Positions 1 to 12,474 of a stretch of DNA of 64,000 bases are shown here, in pieces. The notes beneath the pieces were generated by a model. It searched no databases and was not told the origin of the DNA. It was given only the letters and a program-made list of their open reading frames with translations. The stretch lies in assembly GCA_004431415.1 (NCBI GenBank), contig QPMI01000056.1:485517-549516 (forward strand), in the 5' to 3' direction. A program made the position numbers and the translations under genes. Position 1 is the stretch's first letter. The number at the start of each line of letters is the position of its first letter. The stretch is from Cyanophora paradoxa CCMP329. Taxonomy: Eukaryota; Plantae; Glaucophyta.

Positions 1-968
1 CGGGAGCCTTGCCGTGCTGATGCGTCCCGATTTGCGCTGCAGCTCTCGGGCCCTGTATCGGCGCGGCGAGCGGCAAGAGGCTTCCCCTGCACAGCACGCG
101 GTGCGCCTGGGCCCGCGCCGGGGGCGCCGCCCCATCGGCCGATGCGAAGACTGCGCTGGGTCGCAGGGCGAGCGCAGGCCGCGCGATCTCGCGCCGACGC
201 TCTCGCCTCGCCTACGGCCTCACGGCGGGGCGCGCCAGATCCCTTCAGGGGGTACAGAGGTGCGCCCCGAGCCCCTAGAGGGGACGGCGGGGGGGGGGGG
301 GGGGGGGGGGGCGGGAGGGGAGGGGGCGAGAGAGGAGAGGCGGGGGAGGGGGCGGAGACGGGAGCCTTGCCGTGCTGATGCGTCCCGATTTGTGCTGCAG
401 CTCTCGGGCCCTGTATCGGCGTGGCGAGTGGCAAGAGGCTTCCCCTGCACAGCACGCCGGTGCGCCTGGGCCCGCGCCGGGGGCGCCGCCCCATCGGCCG
501 ATGCGAAGGCTGCGCTGGGTCGCAGGGCGAGCGCAGGCCGCTCGATCTCGCACCGACGCTCTCGCCTCGCCTACGGCCTCACGGCGGGGCGCGCCAGATC
601 CCTTCAGGGGTTACAGAGGTGCGCCCCGAGCCCTAGAGGGGACGGCGGGCGGGTAGGAGGAGGGGCGGGGAGGGGAGGGGCGAGAGAGGAGAGGCGGGGA
701 GGGGGCGGAGACGGGAGCCTTGCCGTGCTGATGCGTCCCTATTTGCGCTGCAGCTCTCGGGCCCTGTATCGGCGCGGCGAGCGGCAAGAGGCTTCCCCTG
801 CACAGCACGCCGGTGCGCCTGGGCCCGCGCCGGGGCGCCGCCCCATCGGCCGATGCGAAGGCTGCGCTGGGTCGCAGGGCGAGCGCAGGCCGCTCGATCT
901 CGCGCTGACGCTCTCGCCTCGCCTACGCCTCACGGCGGGGCGCGCCAGACCCTTCAGGGGGTACAGAG
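1..968. repeat. GC-rich tandem repeat, ~355-bp unit, ~2.7 copies (starts at the window edge)
   Basis: The motif cgggagccttgccgtgctgatgcgtcc recurs at 1, 359 and 712, with near-identical bodies and G-rich spacers. Confidence 0.93.
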
Positions 969-2689
969 GGGTTAGCCGGGGGCAAGCTGCCCCCGCGCCC
1001 CTCGAACCGCGTACCCCCGGTACGCGGCCCGGGCCCGACCCCCACCCACTGACGCCCTGCGAGGGCACTACCAGGCACGTCGGCGGTAGATGATCTAGAT
1101 CTAAATTAAAGACATCGCGGTCCTTACTGATGTATTCGCTGGGTCCCACCTCGCTGCCCCGGCCCCGCCGCGCGCCCCTAGGCCTCGAACCTCGAACCAC
1201 GAGCAGAAAGGGCGATCGGGCCTCATTATCCAGAGCTGCGGACCTGAAGCGCTTTAAAACGCATATAGGTTTCTGTTTCAAAGCGTTTGCACGTGTACCG
1301 TATACGTATGCGAATGATGCCTATGACTAGAACTGTCCTTTTTTTCCCCGTGATGCGTCGTATATTCAGGAACACCGCAGTACAGACTCCTACCTACTCC
1401 TTAGGTGGCCAAATATACGTATACTAGCCTGCCCAGGGCTCCTGCCGTCACTGGCCCCGACTCCCAGGGCTTCAGACCCAGCAGACAGAGAGGTGGAAGG
1501 GCGCTGAGAGCACCCGCGCAGTGATCATGAGTAGCCGACGGAGGACGCCCCCACAGGTGATAATCTACGATGAGATTGGGCGAGGCCAAGGTTTCGAATT
1601 CGTCGGGTGGGCAGCCGGGTTCGGCATACGGAAGGAGTGAGAGGGTGGCGCATTGGGGGTGGACGCATGGGGACGGAGCTCGAGACACCATGGGCGCCGG
1701 CAAAGGGCTGGAGGCCTAGGGGCGGGCGCGGGGCTGGGGCAACTAGGCGAGCGAGAGAGGGTGAAGGGGGCCTGGTTCGGCATTCGCTGACGTCGACGCT
1801 GATGGTGGGGAGGCGGGGTTCAGGATCGATATCTGGCCATGGGGCTGCGATGGAGGGCGAGGTACGGTGGCCCGGCGACGGCGTGAGGGCGGAGTTGGGC
1901 GGGAGGTGGCGAGCTGGAGGGGCAATTAATTGCAAGGGAGTTCTCGGGCGGGGCAGCGGCTAAGGGCGCAGGCTGGGTTCGGGAACGCGTGCGCACGGTT
2001 TAGGCATGCGCAAATGGCCCTTAAGCTTCTTGTAGTCGACGCAGATCTAGAGGAGCTATCGTTGCCTGCTGTGTGTCGGTGCTATCGAGCTGCAGCTTAA
2101 CCTGCAGCACACGTGCAGCGTCGATATCTTGAACGCTAGTGCTGCAGTCCGGCCGCGGATCCGGATCCTCTGGTCAGAATATTAATGTCGTACCAAAACA
2201 TGCTAGCACAACGTTATGTAGCCTTTTCAACGACTGTTAATGATATGTCTAGATAGTATAGCTGTTGTTCGTCCAGGAGCCTGCATGTGCAAGATGTTGT
2301 CTTGCATCGCACCTGTGCAGCTGCTGAGCCTTCCTTCAACTTTGAATTTCTGTTGACGAGGTGTAGTTCTATGACAGCTAAATATATCGTTTGAACGCCC
2401 TTTAAAAGAGCTTTCAGAATATGTAAAGATGTCGGGGTTCAAAATTGCTCTTTTTCGAAGAAGAGCCAACGAGATGTTCCGATGCGACAAAATCCTCAAC
2501 ATGTCGAATCACTCAGTGATCATGACCAGCTGACTCATCAAACCCGAGCCATGGCGACCAGTCTAGAAAAGCATAAAAGATGAATATAAAGCTTAAAAGA
2601 AGCCTGATATCATAGTATATCACTCATTGATTGAAATTCACGTGCGCCTGGGACATGGGGGTGCATGATCATGATGAAGAGGCGAGAAG

Positions 2690-3168
2690 AGCTCTTCAAA
2701 GATGGGCGTCGGGGCCTGGAAGCTGCGGAGACTGGCGAGCCGCTGTCCAAACACCATGGGGCCTCTACGGACGCAATTGCTAGGGGGCCGGGTGCTTTGC
2801 ATATTGCTCGAGGGGTACGATGGCGCCTGAGAGACGGGGAGCATGGAGGGCGGGAGGGGCTCTTTGGAGATGGGCGTCGGGGCCTGGACGCTGCGGAGAC
2901 TGGCGGGCCGCTGTCCAAACACCATGGGGCCTCTACGGACGCAATTGCTAGGGGGCCGGGTGCTTTGCATATTGCTCGAGGGGTACGATGGCGCCTGAGA
3001 GACGGGGGAGCATGGAGGGGCGGGAGGGGCTCTTTGGAGATGGGCGTCGGGGCCTGGACGCTGCGGAGACTGGCGAGCCGCTGTGCAGACGGCACAGGGT
3101 CTCTACGGACGCAATTGCTAGGGGGCCGGGTGCTTAGCATATTGCTCGAGGGGTACGATGGCGCTTGA
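2690..3168. repeat. Tandem repeat, ~168-170-bp unit x ~3
   Basis: gatgggcgtcggggcctgga...ctctacggacgcaattgctagggggccgggtgct...gaggggtacgatggcgc occurs three times. Confidence 0.9.
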
Positions 3169-3277
3169 CACTGGGAGATCATGTGCTGGTACGCCGACTG
3201 AGTAATAGTGCTTCGCCGACCTTTAGTACACCGACGAGGTCGGTGTTTTCCCACGGGCGATTACTCCGAGCATGTCA

Positions 3278-3346
3278 GTGTAATAGGGGTCGGTGTAATA
3301 GGGGTCGGTGTAATAGGGGTCGGTGTAATAGAGGTCGGTGTAATAG
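3278..3346. repeat. 15-bp minisatellite (gtgtaataggggtcg) x ~4.5
   Basis: Read directly from the sequence. Confidence 0.92.
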
Positions 3347-3677
3347 CGAATGTTGCAAACTGGCCCGCTCGTTCTTTTCATTCCAGCAGCGTGTCGCTAT
3401 TATAGAGCTTTGTTTTAATGTTTAAATTCAATCACACATATAGCTGAATAAGTTTGGCTAGAATAAGCTGTCACACAGAATACCTCCTGCGTAGATCTAG
3501 CTAAAGTGCATATATATATCTGGGAGAGGGTAACGCAGGTCCGAAGAAGAGACGAATGTGTCCCGCAGCTCGAACCTTGAGCTGGTTGGCACTGGCTGGA
3601 ACTGCGGACTTTGTTGAACGGATTGGCGCACTCTCCAGAAGTTGACGGATTGGTGCAATCATTCTGCGAAGGAGAAG

Positions 3678-4662
3678 CTGCGCATTTAATCGAATTTCCA
3701 GCTTGATATTGATTAGTAGATACGGATAAACGCACCCGGCGGGCCAGGGTCGCCCTCTAAGGCATCCCGAACGAGCCTCGCGCCCTCGCCCCCCTCAGTG
3801 ACTTGGACGGAGGGCCCTCGGCGACCTGCAGCGGGCTGCACATTTAATCGAATTTCCAGCTTGATATTGATTAGCAGATACGGATAAACGCACCCGGCGG
3901 GCCAGGGTCGCCCTCTAAGGCATCCCGAACGAGCCTCGCGCCCTCGCCCCCCTCAGTGACTTGGACGGAGGGCCCTCGGCGACCTGCAGCGGGCTGCACA
4001 TTTAATCGAATTTCCAGCTTGATATTGATTAGCAGATACGGATAAACGCACCCGGCGGGCCAGGGTCGCCCTCTAAGGCATCCCGAACGAGCCTCGCGCC
4101 CTCGCCCCCCTCAGTGACTTGGACGGAGGGCCCTCGGCGACCTGCAGCGGGCTGCACATTTAATCGAATTTCCAGCTTGATATTGATTAGTAGGTACGGA
4201 TAAACGCACCCGGCGGGCCAGGGTCGCCCTCTAAGGCATCCCGAACGAGCCTCGTGCCCTCACCCCCCTCAGTGACTTGGACGGAGGGCCCTCGGCGACC
4301 TGCAGCGGGCTGCACATTTAATCGAATTTCCAGCTTGATATTGATTAGTAGATACGGATGAACGCACCCGGCGGGCCAGGGTCGCCCTCGAAGGCATCCC
4401 GAACGAGCCTCGCGCCCTCCCCCCCCTCAGTGACTTGGACGGAGGGCCCTCGGCGACCTGCAGCGGGCTGCACATTTAATCGACTTTTCAGCTTGATATT
4501 GATTAGTAGATACGGATAAACGCACCCGGCGGGCCAGGGTCGCCCTCGAAGGCATCCCGAACGAGCCTCGCGCCCTCGCCCCCCTCAGTGACTTGGATGG
4601 ATCCGAAGGGCCCTCGGCGACCTGCAGCGGGCTGCGCATTTAAACGACTTTTCAGCTTGATA
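3678..4662. repeat. 158-bp satellite x ~6.2
   Basis: catttaa anchor at 3683, 3841, 3999, 4157, 4315, 4473 and 4637; copies nearly identical. Confidence 0.96.
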
Positions 4663-4971
4663 GTGATTCGGGCGAGATTGGGCAAGCTGTCGCGTGCGAT
4701 ATTAGTGTGTCTAATCGGGCGCGCGGGAAGCCCGTGCGGAGTGCAAGCTCGGCAGGGCGGGGAATGGCGAGTGTCACTGCTGTCGTCGCTAAGATCCAAC
4801 TCACTGGGTGTACCCGTCCAGATACGGCGTACCCCGACACAAATACAAGTGACCGCGGCGCTCTAACTAGCCTAGGCGCCGTCGGTCCAGCAGCTCGAAG
4901 GCTGACGTGATCTAGAGCCCTAGCGGCTCACATGTAAATGAGCATCCGCTATAATGTCGGATGCGACACAA

Positions 4972-5538
4972 GCCACACCTGGCGGAGAGTGCCTCACGCA
5001 GGCCGGACTCCGGAGGACCTGCACGCTTACAATCAATCCGAGAGATTTGAATCGGGCGAGGGCCTGGCGCCCCCACGACGCGCTCTCGTGCTTGAGTGTA
5101 CATGTGTTTGGGGAATATTAATACTCGGTCAAGATCGGGCGAGCCGCACCTGGCATTGCCAAGTTGAGGACCTCAGGCGGGGGACCTGCAAGTTCACAAT
5201 CAATCCCGAGAGAATAATCGAGCGAGGGCCTGGCTCCCCCACGACGCGCTTTCGCGCTCGATTTAGTTTGAGAACACAATTCAATAATTGGGTGAGATCG
5301 GGCGAGCCACACCGGGCGGAGAGTGCCTCACGCAGGCCGGACTCCGGAGGACCTGCACGCTTACAATCAATCCGAGAGATTTGAATCGGGCGAGGGCCTG
5401 GCGCCCCCACGACGCGCCCTCGTGCTTGAGTGTACATGTGTTTGGGGAATATTAATACTCGGTCAAGATCGGGCGAGCCGCACCTGGCATTGCCAAGTTG
5501 AGGACCTCAGGCGGGGGACCTGCAAGTTCACAATCAAT
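4972..5538. repeat. ~334-bp tandem duplication with internal ~167-bp sub-repeat
   Basis: gccacacc.ggcggagagtgcctcacg...gttcacaatcaat at 4972-5204 and again at 5306-5538. ggacctgca..caatcaatc..gagag..cgagggcctggc.ccccacgacgcgc recurs at the half period. Confidence 0.88.
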
Positions 5539-8500
5539 TTCGAGTGCTCTTTTCCCCCCCCCTCTCGCTTGAAGAACAAGAAAGCGATTCATTTCTCCCA
5601 GGTCGATCTTCCTGGCATGCTCCCCGGGTACGGGTGGTAGCGCCAAGCCGGCCAGCCGGCACCGGCCCGGCCCGGGCTTCTGGGGCCCGGCTTGGCTTGC
5701 GGCCAGGCTTGGCCGGCCAGACCGGACCGGCCGGGCCGCGGCCGCGGCCGTGGGCCCGGGCCGGGCCCGGCCGGGCCCGGGGCCCGGGCCCCGGGGCCCG
5801 GGGGCCGGGGCGCCGCCGCGCCGGCCGGGCGCCCGGCCTGCGCTGCTGCGCATGCGCATGCGCATGACTGCATGGGCCCGGGGCGCCGCGCGGGCGGGCC
5901 GGCGCCGGCGCCGCCGGGACGTGGACGAAGCACCGAACCGGTTTTTGACGGTCGGCGGTTTCCCGACTCCAGCCTTAATTTCTAATTCTAAATTATCGCC
6001 CGGTACCTACGTTCGCACTGCTTCTGCCTGAAGGCTCTTTCCTTCCCAGATCCGATGTACCCCGAATCCCACGCAACTGCATTTTTCCAGCTAAGTATGC
6101 GAACCCGACCCAGTCGCTCAGCCCCCCTGACTGTGACTGAATCAGTCAACCCGAGGTTCGCTACGAGTTATGGGCCTTAGGCGCAGTTTCCGCCATACAA
6201 ACTTTTTCCGAGTCAAGTCTATTGACCAAACTCGGCCGAGTTTTTAGACTGGGAACACCTTCCAAGTCAAATTAGTACCGGAATTATCAGATTTGTTGCA
6301 TTGGCTAAAAGATTTGGCAATGTTTGTGATATATAGCTAGCACGTAATAGTATACTTTAACTCAGCGTTTTTTGCTTTTCAGCATGGAAATGTATATCCA
6401 TTCGCAAATCCCATTGGCGTGAGTCAAGTCTCCCAGGCCAGGATCTTGCCAAATCTCTGCCAAATCTCTGCCACTCCCCGAGTTCGCCCCACAGGGCCAG
6501 GAAACTTTGCTCCTAGCGCCCAACTCGTAACGGTTCAGTCAGGCTACCGTGCAAAAACTGAGGAAAATGACCCGGAAATGACCCAGATGCGATCCATCGA
6601 TATCTAAGTTGCCAAGCACAGTGCGCGGGCAGTAGGGACTCTAGGGAGTGATTAGGCGAGCAAAGCTTAAGAACACTTGTGAAAGGAATTCGGCCCCCGT
6701 TAGCCTCGTTGGCGCGGGCGGTTTTGTTCAGATTTCGTTGTTTTTCTGGAGGTAAGACGACAGAAGATCCTTTTTAGGTCGATCCACGTCGAGCTTCAGA
6801 TGGAAAAAGCCCACAGGGGGGCACGCTCCCAGCAGGGTTTTGTATGGGACTGAGAGAACCTCAGTCGGCCAATTTGTTGACTCAGTCGGGTCAGTCAGAC
6901 CCTCTGACTTTGACTGACAGTGACTGAACCCAGCCCTACTAGACCGGCCCAGGCTGGGAATTTGAAACTCGGTACCGGTCACCGGAGGCTGCCACTGGCA
7001 CAGCACGCCGGCCCGAGTCAGCTCCTGCCGGTGGCTGCATATATTTAACAAATATATGCAGTTAACCGTATATAACCAAATATATAATTCTTTTAATCAA
7101 GACTTGCGTGACCTCACGGTCTTTGTCATTGGCCAGGCGCACGTGTGCCTCACGTGTGTCGCCTATCAGCACTACCCCCCGCCTACGTTCGCCCAAACTT
7201 TCCGCCCGGCTAGCTCGCTCCGCTCGCTCCAGCGCTCGGCCTGCGCGCGCTCCGCGTGCTCGGGAAGCATGTTCGACGCTCTCGCTCGCTTGCCGCCGCC
7301 CGCCGCAGACAAACGCTCCTCGAAGGCGATCCTGCGGCGCGCGTCTTCCGTCAACGCTCTTCCCGTGCTTTAGATGCGTGTACCAAGCTCTAGACGGGCC
7401 GGGGCGCCAGGCCTGCCGCTGGATCGGTCCCGGTCGTTCGAATCGCGGTTTCCGCCCATCCGGCGCGGTTTCGCCGCCCCGGTGCCGCTCGTGCTCCTGG
7501 GTGCGATTCTCCATCCTTGTGCATGCATTAGAACACCGCTGCATGCCCAGAAAGAGTGCCGCCCACGCGAAAGAAAGGTCGAGGTGCCTTGGACACGGGC
7601 CACACGGGCGGGCGCTACATACAAGGGGGGGCTGGGCGAGCGGTGCCAGAAGCTAGTAAACATGCCTACGAACGCCTCGGAATGGCGCTGCGTGCGATTC
7701 CGGCCCGGGGCCGCCGCCGAGGTGAAGGACCGCGCCTGGGTGGTGGTGGTGGTCCATCAGGCGGCGGCGAAATGGTCGCAGAAGAGAACGGAAAGGAAGT
7801 ATAGCACCTGTACATCAAGAAACGACGATGCGCAGCCGGCGAGCGAGCCCCCCGTCGTCAGGCGGCCGAGGAGCAGGGAAGTACTGCAGGCGCGGTTAGC
7901 AACAGCAACAGATTCACACGAGCGATTTGCCTACCATGCAAGGGAGAGCTTCAAAACCTTGATGCGCATAGGGAAGAACGCTTGCTGTGCATGGGAATTG
8001 CACACTTGCGGCGGGTCAGGAACTGTTCAAAAACCTCGGTCAATGGCACAAGTCGCCCCAGGGCGGGTAGCGCGGGCGCTCCAAGGCGCACCCGCATGAT
8101 CGCATATACTTTCTTATGTCAGCGCACCATGTCCCGAGGCCGCAGTGAGGCGCTCCTCGCATCGGATGTTGCTGCTCTGTCTCGCGCGGGTCAACTACGG
8201 AATCGCGGGCATGGCGAATGTGGTTTCTGATATCGATAGCGTACCTGTAACCGAGCTGGGCTCGTCCGGCGCAAATCGCTCGTGTAGCCGTGGTAACTGC
8301 CGACTAACTGCCGTAACCGCCCAGGTCTAGGGGACGCTCGGCCCGCCAAGGCATCCTTCTGGGTGCGCTAACAGTGATGCTGGTGCGCTTCGCCGCTCAG
8401 GCTGCTCAGGCCGCTCGCTGCCACGCACAAGGTCGCCGGGGTACGAGCGCGAACGAGAACTCGCCGTACCCACAAAGTTGAGTTGGAATTTGCATACTAC

Positions 8501-9125
8501 GGCGAGTCGAGTCAAAAAGTCCGAGTCAAAAACTCGAGCGATTTGCCTGATTGGTCAAAAAGGACTCGGAATTACTCAATCCACCGGCGCAGGTCCTGTT
8601 GGACCGGCGTGCTGTGTGGTAAGTTTTGAACATATTAGGGACAGTCCGAAGTACGGCTGGTGCGAGTCTAAAGGGAAAGAAAAAAGCAAAATTCTGCCAG
8701 CAATTTGGCTGACCAGTGCTGTAATTCAGTCATAAAAAAATGCACTTTGCCAGCCCGCATAGTACCGGGCCTCCATGTACCCGTGCATGGTCCGAACACA
8801 GCCAAAACATCGCTGGGGTACGTCAAAACATTTGAGTTGAAATCGCTTACTACGGCGAGTCGAGTCCAAACGCCCAGCCTAAAACTCGGGTGACTTGGTG
8901 ATTGGTTATTTAAACCTATAGCTAGGCCACGAATACCTGCGCTCGCAATTCCGATTGGCCAGCTAGCAGGGGGGGGGGGTGCGGGGGGGGCGGAGCCCCC
9001 CCTGCTTGTGCAAAGGATGCCGGCCAGGCGGCGCGGCAATAACCCCATCGCTAGCGCTAGCGCTGGTGCACCGGCACCGTACACGTAGCTATACTACCCC
9101 GAGCCGCCCTCGTATCATACCCCCC

Positions 9126-11032
9126 ATGGCGTTCGGTCCGTCGCTTTCGTGGGGCCCGCTGACGCTTCTGACAGCTTTCGTGCGCAGTTGTCGCCCTCGC
9201 CGGTGCAGCGCCGACCCGCCGCGGCGTCGCACGTGCAGGCCCGAGCGGGCGGGCCTGCGTCGATCCGGCCTCGGCCCAGCGGCATGCGCCGGTCCAGAGC
9301 CGCTCTTTCATGGGCACCAGAGTGGTGGTTCGGTCGGCGGCGCGGCGGGCGGCGAGGGCGGCGGTGTTCGAGGGCGCGGCGTGCTCGGCGCGCGCGCTGG
9401 CCCCGCCCAAGAACCCCGAGCTCGTCTCCCGCATCGTCGACCTTCTCAAGGTCCCGCCTCGCGCCGCCGCGCTGCTCTCCGCCTATCTAACGCGGCGCCG
9501 CCGCTCGCCCGCAGCACGAGCTGCCGTCCATGTTCGAGGCGAGCGCCCCAGGCTCGCCGCCCGCACGGCGCCGGGGCGCAGCTGACGCGCGCTGCAGCCG
9601 GGCAACAGCGTGGACTACTCCATCTACGCGCAGGACGTCTTCTTCCAGGCGCGCGCCGCCCCGGCCTGCGCGCCCGCGCACCGGGGCGCGGCCCGACGGG
9701 GCGGGCGGGGCGCCGGCGCAGGACCCGCTCAACAAATTCAACGGGATCGGGAAGTACCGTCAGAACATCTCCTTCCTCCAGACCTTCTTCAAGGACAGCA
9801 AGCTCGACCTGCACGACATCTACGTGCGCGCGCCGCGCCCGGCGGCCCGGGGCGCGGAGCGGGCGCCGAGGCGGGGCGGGGCGGGGCAGACGGACGTGAC
9901 GGCGGGGGGCGAGGACGTGGTGGTGACGCGGTGGACCCTCTCCATGACCGCCCCTTCCCCTGGCGGCCCCGCCTCGCCTTCACGGGGTCCGGCCCCGTCG
10001 CCCACCCTCCCCCGGCCCCCGTCTAGGGGGGATTGAACGGCTCGCAGGACGTCGGAGTACGTGCTCGGCCCGGAGGGCACCGTCGTCCGCCACATCGACA
10101 AGTGCGCCCCGCCGCCCCCCTGCCTCGAGCTCGCTGGGAGCCGGTGCGACGGGGGCGGGGCGGGGGGCAGGTGGGACAGCCTGCCGGGCCCGACGGAGGG
10201 CGGCCTGCAGGACCTGCTCTCCGAGATGTTCGGGGCGGGCAGCGGGGCGCCCCTCGAGGGCTCCGCCCCTGGCGCCGGCGCCGTCGCCCAGGCCCCCTAC
10301 ACCCTCCTCCGCCGCTACCCCGGCTTCGAGGTCAGCCTAGCCTAGAAGCCTAGCCCCCGAGCCTAGAAGAGGGACGGGGGGATGGGGAGGAGGGGGCCCG
10401 CGCCCCGGCCTGGCGCCTCGGGCCTGGAGGGCTGAGGGGCGGGGCAGGTGCGGAGTACGGGGCGTTCGAGGTGGTGCGGACGGCGTACACGGCGCGCCCG
10501 GCCGGCTTCTCGGCGCTGGACGCCTACCTGCACGGCAACTCGATGTCGGGGGAGGGCCTGCCCCGCTCCGCCCCCGTCATCTACGCCGTCCCCTCCGACC
10601 CCGCCTCCCCCGCCCCCAAGCGCATGGCGTACCCCGTCCCGGCGGGGGCCTCCGAGCCCCTCGACGACGACCTCGAGGTCGTACCCGTCGACTGTGCGGC
10701 CCCCGCGCCCGCCCCCTCGCGCCCGCACCCCCTCACAGTCCCCCGCGCGCCCGCGCCGCAGTCTCGCGAATCGCGGCCATCCGCTTCTCGGGCTCGGCGA
10801 CCCCCGAGGCGCGCGCGCCGCGCCGCCCCCTCCGCCCCCCTCTTCTCCGCAAACCGCCTCCTCCGCCGTGCAGATCGTGGCGGCGCGGCGGCGGCAGCTG
10901 GAGCGGATGGTGAAGGCGGCGGGCCTGCGGGCGGTGGAGGAGCCGGTGCTGCGCTTCGCCCAGTACGACGCCGTGTACAGCCTCCCCTGGACCCGCCGCA
11001 ACGAGGTCTGGCTCCGCCTCGAGGCCGACTAG
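9126..11032 (+). CDS. Plastid SOUL haem-binding protein with N-terminal DUF2358 (SnoaL-like) domain, multi-exon
   Basis: ATGGCGTTCG, intron 9136-9187, gives an MAFVVALAGAAP transit peptide. DUF2358 segments: DYSIYAQDVFFQDPLNKFNGIGKYRQNI, RWTLSM..PWRPRLAFTG..IDKWDS. SOUL segments: PYTLLRRYPGFEVAEYG, GFSALDAYLHGNS, FAQYDAVYSLPWTRRNEVWL*. One apparent 1-nt indel near 9955. Confidence 0.85.
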
Positions 11033-11230
11033 CCCGAGGGGGCGCCGGCCAGGGCCAGGGCCCCGGCCTCCGACCGCGAGCGACGCTCGGCGCTTTTTGA
11101 TCGCGTAGCTGAGAGCAATCTGCTCACAAAAGCGCGGGGAGGGAGAGTTGCTCGCGAGCTCGGGCCGGGGGGTCAGAGCGCGTGGCCGTGGGGGGCCTCG
11201 GCGCGGCACGCCTCCGTGCGTGGCCAGCGG

Positions 11231-12382
11231 CTAGCGGACGCGGACGAGCTCGACGTCGAAGACGATCGTCGCGTCGCGGTTCGTGTAGAGCACCGACCGC
11301 AGCCGCTGCCGCGCCGCGAACTGCCGGCGGCGTGGGCGGGGCGGAGGGTTGGGGCGGGAGGGGCGCGCGTCCTGCGGCCGCGGCTCGTCGTTCTCGGAGC
11401 GGTAGCCGAGGGCGGGGGGCACAACGATGCGGCGGACGCCCCCGGCCTTCATCCCCTCCAGGCCCTCCTCCAGGCCCGGCACGACCTGAGCGGGCGTTGG
11501 CTCGCGTTGCTCAGCGAGCGGCGGCTCGGGCCCGGGGCCGCCGTGGCGGGCCTCGCCGCTGCCGTAGGTGAAGGTGAAGGGGTCGGCCACTCCGTCCTGT
11601 CTCGAGGGCCGTCAGGCACGCGCCTGTGCTCTGCGGCGCCCTCCAGGGGCGGCGCGCCTTGGCGTGGTCCCCGGTGGAGTCCAGCTTGATCCCGTTGAAG
11701 CCTGAGGCCGTTTGGCGGCGGGTGGAGGGCGGCGGCGCGGCGGGGCGCGCCCTGCAGCCGGGAGAGGAACTGGATGGAGACGCGCGTGCCCGCCGCGGGA
11801 GCCTCCCCGCTCCCGACCTGTCGCGCGCGGCGCCGTCGGCCGCCGCGCAGGCCCGCGGCGCAGGCCGCGGCGCGTGCCGGCGCTGGCGGTGCGACGATAG
11901 GCGCGGCGCACGTCGATGTCGAAGTACTTGAGGCCGCTCTCCTTCCGCACGACCTTGCTCGGGTCGAAGCGCAGGCCCTGCGCGCCGCGCGCGCCGCGCC
12001 GCGCAGCAGATCGGCACGCGCCGCTGCATGCGGCACGGCACGCGCTGACCGCTAACCTTCAGCTTCTCCTCGAGGCGAGCTTCGAACTCCGTCGACAGCG
12101 CCAGGGCCGGCGCCGGCAGAGCGGCGACCAGGGCGAGGAACGCCCGGCGGGGGACGCTGGGCGCGGCCTCCCGCGCGGTATCCGCTTCGAATCGCCTCTA
12201 CACTCGGGAACGGTCTCTGCTCGGCGTATGCGCGTAGCGCAAGGCGTGTGGGCTCACCTCGCAGCGGACGGACGGAAACGCTGGGCCACTCAACTTCCGA
12301 TCTCGGCGACATGCTGCGGGCTTGAAGACGATCCCGGCGAGCTGCTTACGCGCCCCAGCGCCGAGCCGCCCACGAAGGCCAT
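11231..12382 (-). CDS. Thylakoid-lumen FKBP-type peptidyl-prolyl isomerase, multi-exon
   Basis: MAFVGG start; twin-arginine signal PRRAFLALVAALPAPALA; FKBP motifs SGLKYFDIDVGSG, GIKLDST, PFTFTYGSGE, VVPGLEEGLEGMKAGGVRRIVVPPALGY, TIVFDVELVRVR*. Confidence 0.9.
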
Positions 12383-12474
12383 TTTTTTGCGCGGCCGGGG
12401 GTATACGTTCCTAAGCCGCCTGGCCGCGGCGCGCCAGGCCGCCCCGTCCTGCCGAGGACCGTTGGCCGCACGCT

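Noticed and set aside
14-1093. 359-aa ORF and overlapping ORFs
   Set aside because: They are translations of a GC-rich tandem repeat, with no domain-like sequence.
3678-4662. CRISPR-like array
   Set aside because: Whole 158-bp units repeat, with no unique spacers and no cas genes, in a eukaryotic context.
9940-9970. Frameshift in the SOUL gene, and similar ones in the Kelch, HDAC and RING tails, read as pseudogenisation or programmed frameshifting
   Set aside because: They fall in C/G homopolymer runs of otherwise intact genes, so sequencing indels are the simpler explanation. Read data are needed to be sure.
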